The translations under genes were made by a program, and so were the position numbers. The notes beneath the pieces are model-generated. The model was not told the origin of the DNA. It ran no database searches and saw only the letters and a list, made by a program, of their open reading frames with translations. A stretch of 37,726 nt of DNA from a virus (Duplodnaviria; Caudoviricetes), in the IMG/VR virus record IMGVR_UViG_3300024284_000012, positions 1 through 37,726 of that record, one strand, 5' to 3'. This document shows positions 26,994 to 35,239 of the stretch, in pieces; within the stretch, counting starts at the first letter, position 1; each line of letters begins with the position of its first letter.

Positions 26994-27582
26994 CCGTCCC
27001 CCGCTTTGCCCCCTTGACTTTGACTTTTCCTGCCTCGACGAGGGGTGCCACGATGGGACCGGCGGAGGTGCCCAGGAGCTTGCCGAGGCGGATGGTGCCG
27101 ATGCCTTCGGTGCCAGCTTCGTCGATAGCGTCTAGCGCCTTAGTCATAAGCGCGCTTCCCTCGGCGAGGCCTACATTCTTTGGGGTATTGCCCCTTGGGG
27201 CCTTCTTCGCCTTAGGCGCCTTCGCTGCAGCCTTTGCGCGGCCCCTTGCCTTCGCGACATTGAACTCACGCATGGCCTTTGCGCCACGTTCGCTAGGGCT
27301 GAGCGCAGCCAGCTTTTCCTGGCCCTCCCGAATCATCTCCTCCGCCTCGGCCTTCTGCTTCGCCAGCTCTAGCTCACAGCGGGCCTCGAATCGAAGCTTC
27401 CAGGCCGGGTCCGAGAAGAAGAGACGCGCCGCGTCGTCGGGGGATGGGGAATAGTTGACGGAATAGTTTTGAACTGAGGCCGCCGATTGAAGCGCCTGCT
27501 GTTCCTGGGTCATCCCCAGCCCCATATTAGCCTGCCCATTGCCGAATTGATTGGATAGAGAATCTTGTTCGAGAGTAGTCAT
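26977..27582 (-). CDS. Coiled-coil + K/A-rich linker + C-terminal winged-helix DNA-binding protein
   Basis: KARGRAKAAAKAPKAKKAPR linker; GIGTIRLGKLLG...LVEAGKVKVKGAKRGTVYF; ATG 27582 lies 6 nt after a -10 box. Confidence 0.7.
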   Translation of the reverse strand: MTTLEQDSLSNQFGNGQANMGLGMTQEQQALQSAASVQNYSVNYSPSPDDAARLFFSDPAWKLRFEARCELELAKQKAEAEEMIREGQEKLAALSPSERGAKAMREFNVAKARGRAKAAAKAPKAKKAPRGNTPKNVGLAEGSALMTKALDAIDEAGTEGIGTIRLGKLLGTSAGPIVAPLVEAGKVKVKGAKRGTVYFSV

Positions 27583-27588
27583 CTGTCG

Positions 27589-27618
27589 ACTATAGCCATT
27601 GCAGAGGGCATTACGCAA
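27589..27618 (-). promoter_or_regulatory. Sigma70-type promoter, leaderless
   Basis: TTGCGT-N18-TATAGT-N6-ATG. Confidence 0.6.
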
Positions 27619-29209
27619 GCCCCCTCCTGCGCATCCGTCGCAAATGCAATACCTCTAGCTGAGCCTGCTTCTTCCAGCGGGCCTGCTCTGCCCTGAGCGC
27701 CTCATCAGGCGATAGCTCCTCAGGGGCCGGGGAGAGCAGCGAACGCGACAGGGCCTTGGCCAGCGCCGGCGCAAAATCCGCGTGGCGACCATCCGGACCG
27801 ACCGGGAACTCCACGCGGATTGATTGCTGGGTCACGATTTTGCGCACGGAGCATAGATCGGCCTGGAGCTTCTTGTCCGGCGAGAGCTCGAGCGACCCAT
27901 CAGCCATCATGTCTTTGGCCTTCTTGAATAGCTCGAATTGTTTCTGGCCAGTCAGATCGTATTGAATGAGCGACACGCCACAGTCGTGGGCCATCTCCCG
28001 AAGCGTATCGATGCACCACTGGTCCGTCGTAACATGCGTCAGGCCGTAGGGAGCGAGCATGGCGCGCATCTCGGTGAAAACTTCGCGACTCTTGAGTGGC
28101 TTGGCCGCCGAGCCCTGCCATTGGTGCGTCATGACCACGCCGTAGCGATTGCCGCCTGAACCTGGTTGCTTCCCGAGGTTCGCAGTGACGACAAGCGCCC
28201 AGGCGTTCCCACGGGTTGCCGGGTCCATGCCGGCCGCGTAGTGGAGCCTGCGATTGAACGGCAGAACCAACGGCTCTAGGCGCGTAGCCCGCTTGACCTC
28301 GTCCAGCGTGAACATCCCGCCGGCGGCGTCAAGGAACTTGCATTCAACGTCGACCCAGTAAGCGTCGGGGTTCGTCTCGCGGAGCTCGTCGCAGCGCGCC
28401 TGCGTCCAATGGGACGGGTTCATCGCATAGGCCGGGGCTCGCACGACGACCAATGCTTTGCTAGGCTTTCCCTCATGCTGCTCGACAAGATTAAACACTG
28501 GACCAAATGGCGCCCATGGCGAACCGATCATCAGAATCTGAGCGCCAGGCAGAAGCCGGCCGATGCTGGCTTGCCGCGCGTCATCCAGATTGACGACTCC
28601 ATCTTCGGCACCGACCATGCGGGGGGCTTCATCAAAGATGACGCCGGCGCTCCAGCGAGCGACAAGCGACCCGGCGGCTCGACTTCCGGCGACGACTTTG
28701 ATTTCGACGGGGCGGCCTGATGGGTGCTGGAGCACAATCATGTCAGCTGTCGGCTCTGATACGAGCAGACCTCGCAAAGCTACGCTTGCCTCGACGTGCC
28801 CTCGAACATGCTGCCAAGTCGCTCGAGCGGTGTCTACGGAGTACGACAGCACCGATATCCGAGGGATGTCGCCAGCTCCGAGCCTCGAAACGTCGCAAGT
28901 CAGCGCAGCGCGGACGGCGCAAGCGGCTGAGATGAGCGACTTGCCGCAGCGGATGCCGGCAAGTAGGATGAGTTCCGCGGGCCGTGAGCTTGGTAGTTGC
29001 TCCACATCACCAAACGCGGCCCGCACCTCAGCGTCGTCTGCCAGCTCGAGCAACGGTAGGCCGTCGAGTACCCGGCAGACTGCGCGCTGAAGCGGAGATG
29101 CGGTCGTGAGCCCGAAGTAATCCGGATGCGTTAGGACGGTTTCAAGCGTCAGGTCGCTGCGCGCCGATGCCCGCGGGGTCCACAGGTCGACAGCGCGGCG
29201 CTTTCTCAT
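27611..29209 (-). CDS. terL: Terminase large subunit
   Basis: Walker A AGIRCGKS, Walker B VIFDEA, IGSP coupling motif, RNase H-like GMDPA...TDQW...HAD. Confidence 0.92.
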   Translation of the reverse strand: MRKRRAVDLWTPRASARSDLTLETVLTHPDYFGLTTASPLQRAVCRVLDGLPLLELADDAEVRAAFGDVEQLPSSRPAELILLAGIRCGKSLISAACAVRAALTCDVSRLGAGDIPRISVLSYSVDTARATWQHVRGHVEASVALRGLLVSEPTADMIVLQHPSGRPVEIKVVAGSRAAGSLVARWSAGVIFDEAPRMVGAEDGVVNLDDARQASIGRLLPGAQILMIGSPWAPFGPVFNLVEQHEGKPSKALVVVRAPAYAMNPSHWTQARCDELRETNPDAYWVDVECKFLDAAGGMFTLDEVKRATRLEPLVLPFNRRLHYAAGMDPATRGNAWALVVTANLGKQPGSGGNRYGVVMTHQWQGSAAKPLKSREVFTEMRAMLAPYGLTHVTTDQWCIDTLREMAHDCGVSLIQYDLTGQKQFELFKKAKDMMADGSLELSPDKKLQADLCSVRKIVTQQSIRVEFPVGPDGRHADFAPALAKALSRSLLSPAPEELSPDEALRAEQARWKKQAQLEVLHLRRMRRRGLA

Positions 29210-29502
29210 TAGAAATTCGCGAGCTCATTGACCATGAGCTGAGCCAATGCCTCGAATTCCGTACGCTTGCCATCCCAGTCATCGACAATCGGCGGCATAA
29301 ATACAGACCCATAATATGGCGCCTGAGAAAATGAGACGAATACTTCTCGTCCCTTTGGCACATCGCGGACAGCCACCGAATGATCTGGCAATTCCCACGG
29401 TCGCCTTTCTGGCAAAACCGTGGTTGTTGCGGCAAGCCTTAGATGCTTCTCAACGAACGCAATGATCGCCTCATCGGTCATGGTGTCCACAAATCGGCTC
29501 AT
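29209..29502 (-). CDS. Hypothetical protein
   Basis: Coupled chain. Confidence 0.6.
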   Translation of the reverse strand: MSRFVDTMTDEAIIAFVEKHLRLAATTTVLPERRPWELPDHSVAVRDVPKGREVFVSFSQAPYYGSVFMPPIVDDWDGKRTEFEALAQLMVNELANF

Positions 29503-29801
29503 GGTCCGATAAGCATTCCCCGTAGCCGCTCCGATTCCAGCTCGTCGGGGCTCGGCGGATGCCCTTTGCGCATTGCTCGCAGAACGCAGGCAATCTCGCG
29601 ACAGGCCACACGATAGCCCTGGTCGAAGCTAGCGGTGGCCTCATCGGCATGCTCGCCTCGGTTGCCGAAAGCGCCTAGCGCGACGCGGGCCGCAAGCTCG
29701 AGGGCATCACCGTCAGCCATGGCTACCATCGCAGAGACCTCGGCGCTATCTCCATTGGCTTTCAGTAGCTCGAGTTGATTCGGGGTCAGGACGGATCTCA
29801 T
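29499..29801 (-). CDS. Hypothetical protein
   Basis: Coupled chain. Confidence 0.6.
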   Translation of the reverse strand: MRSVLTPNQLELLKANGDSAEVSAMVAMADGDALELAARVALGAFGNRGEHADEATASFDQGYRVACREIACVLRAMRKGHPPSPDELESERLRGMLIGP

Positions 29802-30019
29802 TAGTAATATTCTTCCTCATCATCCCAGTAGCCGGCGATGACACCCATCTCATGCGCCTCGAGGATCTGTCTCTCTATGGCGATACGCTGTGCTTCTGAT
29901 ACGGATTGCTTCAATTTGTATAATTCGATGCGCGCCACGTCACGCTCGTCAGTGAGTTGGTCTATCAAATTATGGCGCGGGATTTGTCCAGGGGAGGGGA
30001 TTATCGGTATGCCGATCAT
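29801..30019 (-). CDS. Hypothetical protein
   Basis: ATG 30019 overlaps the GroES stop; GGAGG SD. Confidence 0.55.
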   Translation of the reverse strand: MIGIPIIPSPGQIPRHNLIDQLTDERDVARIELYKLKQSVSEAQRIAIERQILEAHEMGVIAGYWDDEEEYY

Positions 30020-30438
30020 GCTTCCTCCGCAATGAGAGCCAGGTTCCGCTCTCTTACCATCCGATACTCGTGGTACTCCGTCGACCAAATCCTATCGCCG
30101 CAGCGCTCATCCTCGACCAGGACGCGAGCTCCTGGTTGGATGTCCGGGTCCATCGGCACGAAGACATGGCTGCCGTCTGTCGACATGCCCTCCTCGAGGC
30201 TGAGGAACTTGTCGTGGTAATGGCCAGGCCCCGCAGCGATCACGATAGCCCATTGACCTTGGTTCGGGTCAGGCGCCTTCCGGACCCTTGGGTCATCGCC
30301 CTTCAGGGCGTACTCCCATTCGCGCATATCCGGCTTGATGATGCCTCCAGGCGTTCGTTCCTCGACTGCAGCCATATGAATGTCCAGGCGCACAAGGACG
30401 TTGTCGGCGGCAGGACGGATGCGTTCTGGGTCGATCAT
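30016..30438 (-). CDS. groES: GroES/Cpn10-like co-chaperonin (140 aa, with insertions)
   Basis: IRPAADNVLVR, ERTPGGIIKPD mobile loop, VIAAGPG, DIQPGARVLV, YRMVRERNLALI; ATG 30438 overlaps the upstream stop. Confidence 0.85.
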   Translation of the reverse strand: MIDPERIRPAADNVLVRLDIHMAAVEERTPGGIIKPDMREWEYALKGDDPRVRKAPDPNQGQWAIVIAAGPGHYHDKFLSLEEGMSTDGSHVFVPMDPDIQPGARVLVEDERCGDRIWSTEYHEYRMVRERNLALIAEEA

Positions 30439-30713
30439 CGCTCTTCTCTCCGATAAATCATCACATCGTTCCCCTGCCCAGAAGCATCGGGCCATTCGGC
30501 AAGAATCGCCTCCTCGAACTTGCGATAGGCTTCGGTCATCCTATATCGCGTTTGTTCTTGCGCCCTCATATTCTCCCATAGAATGGGCGCGCCTTGCGCG
30601 AAGAGCATCCGATCATCGAATCGCTCTTTAGCGCATTCCTCGAATATAGCATATTGCTTCTTGGCTTCCTCGGGCCAGTGCTCTTCTGGAAGCTGCGCGC
30701 GCCAGAGAATCAT
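30435..30713 (-). CDS. Hypothetical protein
   Basis: Coupled chain. Confidence 0.6.
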   Translation of the reverse strand: MILWRAQLPEEHWPEEAKKQYAIFEECAKERFDDRMLFAQGAPILWENMRAQEQTRYRMTEAYRKFEEAILAEWPDASGQGNDVMIYRREER

Positions 30714-30919
30714 CCGGCCTCCTTCGATGCAGCGAGAAACTCTCGGATAGCGACAGCAGACACCAAGTCTCCGGTGCAGACCATGCCTTCGATGGTGCGT
30801 CGCTCACGGCGAAGACGATGTAGCTCGGCCTCGAGAGGCTCTAGCCTTCGCTCTATCTCCCGATCGATATAATACTCTCGCGAGGAATCCGGTCCATTGT
30901 CGTCGCAATCGCACATCAC
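30710..30919 (-). CDS. Hypothetical protein
   Basis: Coupled chain, short coiled coil. Confidence 0.55.
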   Translation of the reverse strand: MMCDCDDNGPDSSREYYIDREIERRLEPLEAELHRLRRERRTIEGMVCTGDLVSAVAIREFLAASKEAG

Positions 30920-31137
30920 TTCTTCGCTCCTCTCGGCTGAGTCATATCGGCGGCGAACCCATATCCTGACGCCAGCGCAAAGACCAAGTCCCGCGCCCCT
31001 TCGCGATGCACCAGGACGACGCCATTGGCCTGCTCTACCTGGACGACGCCGCGCTCACCAGGAACGAAGTTGCTCCACGGAAGGCCAGGCTCCTGGATAT
31101 CGATAGGGCGAAAGAGGCGAAATTCGGAAAGGGTCAC
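30916..31137 (-). CDS. Hypothetical protein
   Basis: GTGA overlap at 31134-31137. Confidence 0.55.
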   Translation of the reverse strand: MTLSEFRLFRPIDIQEPGLPWSNFVPGERGVVQVEQANGVVLVHREGARDLVFALASGYGFAADMTQPRGAKK

Positions 31138-31385
31138 TTGGCCTTCCTGTCGCAATGCACCGCGATATGCTTGTCGTCAAACTCACGCCAGGCGAACGTG
31201 TAGTTACATCTGTCGGCCATGGCGCGCAAAGCCTCACGCTCTTCGACAGGGAAGGTGCCATTGTATCCTTGCGGATAGCGATCCAGATGCGACTTCAGAT
31301 AGTCCGCAGCAGACAAGACAGGCCTTGCCGTTCCTGCTAAGAGCTTCTGCTTTTCAGCCTCAACCTTTTCTTCGAATGTGGTCAT
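31134..31385 (-). CDS. Hypothetical protein
   Basis: Coupled chain. Confidence 0.6.
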   Translation of the reverse strand: MTTFEEKVEAEKQKLLAGTARPVLSAADYLKSHLDRYPQGYNGTFPVEEREALRAMADRCNYTFAWREFDDKHIAVHCDRKAK

Positions 31386-31540
31386 CGCTTCACCGGCTCG
31401 TCAAACAGCGGCTTGCAGCCCGAGCCGGCGCATGGCCACTCAATGTGGGTCCTCTTCGCTGTCCAGCCTGAACAGCCGGAAAGGCTCAGAATGAGCACAG
31501 CGAAGGCCGCCGCGATTAGCAGAGTCATTCCATCGGTCAT
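31382..31540 (-). CDS. Small lipoprotein (52 aa)
   Basis: Hand-translated MTDGMTLLIAAAFAVLILSLSG-CSGWTAKRTHIEWPCAGSGCKPLFDEPVKR; LSGC lipobox; GGAGGAG SD; ATGA overlaps at both ends. Confidence 0.7.
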   Translation of the reverse strand: MTDGMTLLIAAAFAVLILSLSGCSGWTAKRTHIEWPCAGSGCKPLFDEPVKR

Positions 31541-31860
31541 GACTCCTCCAATCTGCGGGATGCGGCAGCGAGAAGATCGCGCGCAACCAAAAGCTCCTTC
31601 TCGTGGTAGCTGACCATAGCTCGAGCAGCTTTAATTTCCGCGTGTGCCAGCATCTCAAGGGCTTCTTCCGCCGTATCCCCAAATGCGACGTCTGCATATC
31701 CCTGGCCATGATAGACGTGTCGATCGGTGTCGCTCGTGAAATATCCCGCGTCCCAGCTAGCCACCCAGACCAGCTTGCGCCCTGGCTCTGAGCCGCGGGC
31801 TACCCGAAGAAGAGCCACGCTCTTTTCCGGAAACATTCTGATGATTTGGTCAAGCGTCAT
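31537..31860 (-). CDS. Hypothetical protein
   Basis: Coupled chain. Confidence 0.6.
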   Translation of the reverse strand: MTLDQIIRMFPEKSVALLRVARGSEPGRKLVWVASWDAGYFTSDTDRHVYHGQGYADVAFGDTAEEALEMLAHAEIKAARAMVSYHEKELLVARDLLAAASRRLEES

Positions 31861-32270
31861 TACTTCCTCGTGTCGATTTGGGTTGACGTGTCATTGGCAT
31901 CGGGTGTGCTTTCTGCTTGCTGGCCGGCGTCCAGAGCTCCAGAAGCCGGCTGCCCCAGCAGAGCTAGAACCTTCTCCCGCTCAGCTCGCAGGGCGCGAAG
32001 CAAGTCGTCGTCGGGGTCGTTCAAGGCGCGGCGTATCTGCTCGAACTTCGGCAGGTCGAGCTGCTGCTCAAACTCGCGCACCTTGGCCCATGTCGATGTG
32101 ACCACGCGCGTCGCGTCAACTTGCTCGCGTGGCTCGCCTGTATCCAAGATGTCGTCAAGCACCCGCATTGACTTCATCATTAGATTGTCAAGGTATTGCC
32201 GAGGAGTCAATAGCTCTCCTCGCTTTACAATCGGCGGAAGGGTAGGCGCGCGCGCGCGGGTGACGGCCAT
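31860..32270 (-). CDS. Helical hypothetical protein, terminase small subunit candidate
   Basis: 136 aa helical; GGAG SD; heads the coupled chain that leads to TerL; no diagnostic motif. Confidence 0.45.
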   Translation of the reverse strand: MAVTRARAPTLPPIVKRGELLTPRQYLDNLMMKSMRVLDDILDTGEPREQVDATRVVTSTWAKVREFEQQLDLPKFEQIRRALNDPDDDLLRALRAEREKVLALLGQPASGALDAGQQAESTPDANDTSTQIDTRK

Positions 32271-32298
32271 TAGAGCTCCACCGCCGATTCGTGCAGCT

Positions 32299-32526
32299 CT
32301 ATTGCCCACGAAAATGGGCCGCCGCCGTACGATAGCTCCCACAGGAAAAGAAAGAATGCCTTGAGCGTATAGGCCACATGATGACCGCTTTCTGCCCCTG
32401 TCGAATCAGATGCGCAGCGACCTTCTCGGCGACCTCTAGCCGAGTAGGCATCGAGAGATAGCCTCGCGTTGTCGTCACGATGAAGTCGCCTGTCTTCTCC
32501 GGAATCGGGAATACCTGAAGGGTCAT
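32299..32526 (-). CDS. Hypothetical protein
   Basis: ATGA coupling. Confidence 0.5.
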   Translation of the reverse strand: MTLQVFPIPEKTGDFIVTTTRGYLSMPTRLEVAEKVAAHLIRQGQKAVIMWPIRSRHSFFSCGSYRTAAAHFRGQ

Positions 32527-32846
32527 GGATATCTCTCCTCGCTCATGTCGTCGGCTGGATTTTTAATATACCAGTTTCTCGGGTCGTCAGGGCTCGGGGC
32601 ATACCAATTTACATGCCCCTCGCAATGCGTGACATTGATTCCCGGATCTGGCGTTGTCGAAGAGACAAATCGTTGCGGCGTGACTTTGCCCCAGCATGGC
32701 CCTCCGAATGAATGCTGACACCATTCCGGCGGCCTTTCCGGTCCATGCCATCTGCCAATTGGCGGGCCAGGATCCGCGTACATTTCTTTATGAATCCGGT
32801 GAAAATTTCGGACAGCTTCCGTCATATAGCTTCTCACGGATGCCAC
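32523..32846 (-). CDS. Hypothetical protein with Cys/His motif
   Basis: WCQH...GPCWG...HCEGH. Confidence 0.6.
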   Translation of the reverse strand: MASVRSYMTEAVRNFHRIHKEMYADPGPPIGRWHGPERPPEWCQHSFGGPCWGKVTPQRFVSSTTPDPGINVTHCEGHVNWYAPSPDDPRNWYIKNPADDMSEERYP

Positions 32847-33196
32847 CTTTCAGATTCGTCGTCGAATGCCGCATGCAAGTCGCTCGTCTCGGCGTGATGC
32901 CGCCTGGCTAGCTCCGCGTCTTTCAGCTTGCGTAATGCTGCCTGGTCAAGAATGCCGGCGGAGATGAGCCCGTCGCGCCGGAAAGCTCGGTCGCAGCCCT
33001 CGAGGAAGCGGTCGTACTGAATCCGATCTCCCTCGCGCAATGCATCGATCGTCACGAAGCCGGTAATGCGGCCGAGACCCATAATCCGATCCGACATGAC
33101 TCGCTGGAGCCTGTCGCGTTTCTTCCCGTCCTCCCAGCCATTCTCGAGTGCTCGCTTTATGAGCTGCCTGATTGCCGTCTCCTCGTCCTGTTCCAT
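32834..33196 (-). CDS. Hypothetical protein downstream of the initiator
   Basis: ATG 33196 after AGGAGG. Confidence 0.65.
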   Translation of the reverse strand: MEQDEETAIRQLIKRALENGWEDGKKRDRLQRVMSDRIMGLGRITGFVTIDALREGDRIQYDRFLEGCDRAFRRDGLISAGILDQAALRKLKDAELARRHHAETSDLHAAFDDESERWHP

Positions 33197-33204
33197 TGTG
33201 CCTC

Positions 33205-34098
33205 CTATATCGGTCTGAGTATGCTGCCGGCTATCTTGGCAATGTCCGCCGGGATCGCCGACCTGGTCTCGTGCTCGATCGCCCCTGGCGCCTTGAGCCC
33301 TCCCGGCTTGCGGGCCTGCTCGATGACCCATTGTCTCGCCTTACCCGGCCAGCCGGTACGTTGCTGCCCTGCCCCCTTGCCGATGGTCCAGTAATTCACG
33401 AAGGCGTCTAGCTCGGCCCGTACTGCCACAGGATTGGCTCCTAAGCGCTCCGCGAGCTGCCGGACGACTCCCAGCCCGTCCAACTTCGAAACGAGGTCTA
33501 GCGGGCAGCCAGAGGCCTTCCAGGTGCCATCGTCCTCCGGGGGCTGCTCTGGCTCTGCCTGTTTGGGCTCCTGAGCGGGCACCACCACGCGCGCTCGCGC
33601 GCTCCGGTCTGGTGGTACGTCTGTATTTGTATTTACGTCTACGTCTATATGGGCTGACAGTGCTGACTTTTGCTGACCGGTTTGACTGTCATTGACAGGT
33701 CCGGTTGACACGCATGTCGACTTGCCCGACGCGCCCTGTCTCTTTCTGAGGCGAGAGGCCCGCTTATACTCCCGGTTCTTGGCGCGTCGGTCCTCTTCAT
33801 TGCGAAGATTGTTCCACTTTTCCCATGAAGGAACGTGGTACTGATAGGCGCCTTCCGAGACCAGGCGGCGCCCATCCTCGGCTTCGGTGCGGCTCTTCGA
33901 GTCAGGTCGCATGAGCCATTCAAGAGCCTTCCCAAAGCGCTCCTCGGTCATGCCGATGACGGCCGATACGTAGGTCGGATGGAGCTCGACGGTCGAGTCT
34001 ACGGCGTTCGCGATGACGAATCCCCAGACCGCGAAGACGTCTGCTCCAGCGCCGTACATCGAGCCCTTGTACATCTCCGCGAAAGCCTTTCCATACAT
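33205..34098 (-). CDS. Phage replication initiator (lambda O-like architecture)
   Basis: N-terminal wHTH-like domain (MYGKAF...PDSKSRT...GRRL), basic helix RRAKNREYKRASRLRK, S/T/Q linker carrying iterons, C-terminal FVNYW...W...W domain. Confidence 0.8.
   Translation of the reverse strand: MYGKAFAEMYKGSMYGAGADVFAVWGFVIANAVDSTVELHPTYVSAVIGMTEERFGKALEWLMRPDSKSRTEAEDGRRLVSEGAYQYHVPSWEKWNNLRNEEDRRAKNREYKRASRLRKRQGASGKSTCVSTGPVNDSQTGQQKSALSAHIDVDVNTNTDVPPDRSARARVVVPAQEPKQAEPEQPPEDDGTWKASGCPLDLVSKLDGLGVVRQLAERLGANPVAVRAELDAFVNYWTIGKGAGQQRTGWPGKARQWVIEQARKPGGLKAPGAIEHETRSAIPADIAKIAGSILRPI
33616..33721. repeat. Putative replication origin: TGAC iterons plus an AT-rich tract
   Basis: TGAC at 33655, 33664, 33674, 33683, 33693, 33706, next to TACGTCTGTATTTGTATTTACGTCTACGTCTATAT (33616-33650). 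Confidence 0.75.
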
Positions 34099-34106
34099 GA
34101 GTCAGG

Positions 34107-34135
34107 AGACTAGCCTGACGGTCAGCATGTGTCAA
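34107..34135 (-). promoter_or_regulatory. Sigma70-type promoter of the initiator, overlaid by TGAC/GTCA boxes
   Basis: TTGACA-N17-TAGTCT-N8-ATG; palindromes GTCAGG-N7-CCTGAC and CTGAC-G-GTCAG. Confidence 0.75.
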
Positions 34136-34215
34136 GTCGTCTCGAGTGGTCAACCAGTCGATTCATTTTGTCCCCACCTTGTGCGCAGTATGCCCACATC
34201 GGCCACAAAGACTGT

Positions 34216-34244
34216 TTGACATATTGGCAATGCATAGCCATGCT
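34216..34244 (+). promoter_or_regulatory. Sigma70-type promoter, leaderless
   Basis: TTGACA-N17-CATGCT-N7-GTG (34252). Confidence 0.6.
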
Positions 34245-34251
34245 ATTTCCC

Positions 34252-34464
34252 GTGATGTCCGTTCCCGCCGTTGCTCGAGCCGTTCGAGCGCAGCTTTTTC
34301 TTGAGGACCGGCCTTTGGCTGAGTTGAAGGCGCGCGTCCTCATTGCGAGGAAGGCGCTCCAAGAGGCTCAGGCGCTCGACGACGACGAACGCATTCGGGT
34401 CGCCTGGGACAGGCTGCGAGAAGAGCTGGCAGCGTGGCGAGGGGCGACCGGGTTTCTTTCGTAG
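34252..34464 (+). CDS. Small helical protein, lone gene opposite to the operon
   Basis: Own promoter; stop at 34464 faces the stop at 34467. Confidence 0.6.
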   Translation: MMSVPAVARAVRAQLFLEDRPLAELKARVLIARKALQEAQALDDDERIRVAWDRLREELAAWRGATGFLS

Positions 34465-34466
34465 GG

Positions 34467-35033
34467 TCATAATCGGACGCTCCTTGCGAGAGAGACGAGC
34501 CATTCAGCGAATAATGGCGGCGTGCGCTGCTTCATCGGCTTCGAAGCAACTGGCAACCGCTTCAGCTGGCGCGGGCCGGTGCACACGCAATGCGTCGGAT
34601 CGCGGCGCTTCTGTCTCTGAATGTCTCGCGCGACGCGCCACTTATCGACGCCAACGATGTAAAGCCATGTCGGCTTAACGCACGGATGACCCCAATCGAC
34701 TTGCTCGACGTGATACGTCCAGCCATGGACATCGCCGATTTCCCCAGGCTTCGGGAGCTGCATATGATCGAAGAGGGACGAAAAGGCAGGGTGTTCAAGC
34801 ACTCCTCCGAAACGCTGCACCTGCACGACTGCGCGAGGTCCACAGCTCGCGTCCTGCTTCGTGCACAGGTGCCGCAGCTTCGACCACGGGCCGCACGGTG
34901 GATGCGCGACTACCGGATGCGGCCCGTCGTAAAGCCGCGCATCGCGCGATTCATCCCAGCAATCGACGCCTTTCATCTTCGGATATGGTCCGCGCGGATC
35001 GATGTAGAGAGCGGCGACGGTTCGTAGGGTCAC
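34467..35033 (-). CDS. Minimal C5-cytosine methyltransferase-like protein
   Basis: VVAHPPC (motif IV), GVLEHP (VI-like), QVDWGHP..KPTWLY (VIII-like), RTPPLFAEWL (X-like); no FxGxG. Confidence 0.7.
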   Translation of the reverse strand: MTLRTVAALYIDPRGPYPKMKGVDCWDESRDARLYDGPHPVVAHPPCGPWSKLRHLCTKQDASCGPRAVVQVQRFGGVLEHPAFSSLFDHMQLPKPGEIGDVHGWTYHVEQVDWGHPCVKPTWLYIVGVDKWRVARDIQRQKRRDPTHCVCTGPRQLKRLPVASKPMKQRTPPLFAEWLVSLARSVRL

Positions 35034-35239
35034 AGAAACCGCCTAATCGCCATACTGCTGCCGTCCTCGATGCATGCCGCACAATGCTGGCAATGCTTCT
35101 TGCGGGGAGCGCCGCAGATGCGGCATCCGGGCGGCTTCTTGGGGCGCTTATAGAGCATGACGAAGCGGCCGATGGTGCCTTTCGCCTCGGCCTCGGCTTC
35201 CTCCATATCGAACCACATGTCGGAGCTCCAGGAACTCAT
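35030..35239 (-). CDS. Small Zn-finger protein
   Basis: CRIC...HCQHCAAC; ATGA coupling. Confidence 0.55.
   Translation of the reverse strand: MSSWSSDMWFDMEEAEAEAKGTIGRFVMLYKRPKKPPGCRICGAPRKKHCQHCAACIEDGSSMAIRRFL

Noticed and set aside
32246-32258. (GC)n run here and a similar one near 33588-33602 as Z-DNA or regulatory sites
   Set aside because: Both are explained by RARA codons in coding sequence; no independent support
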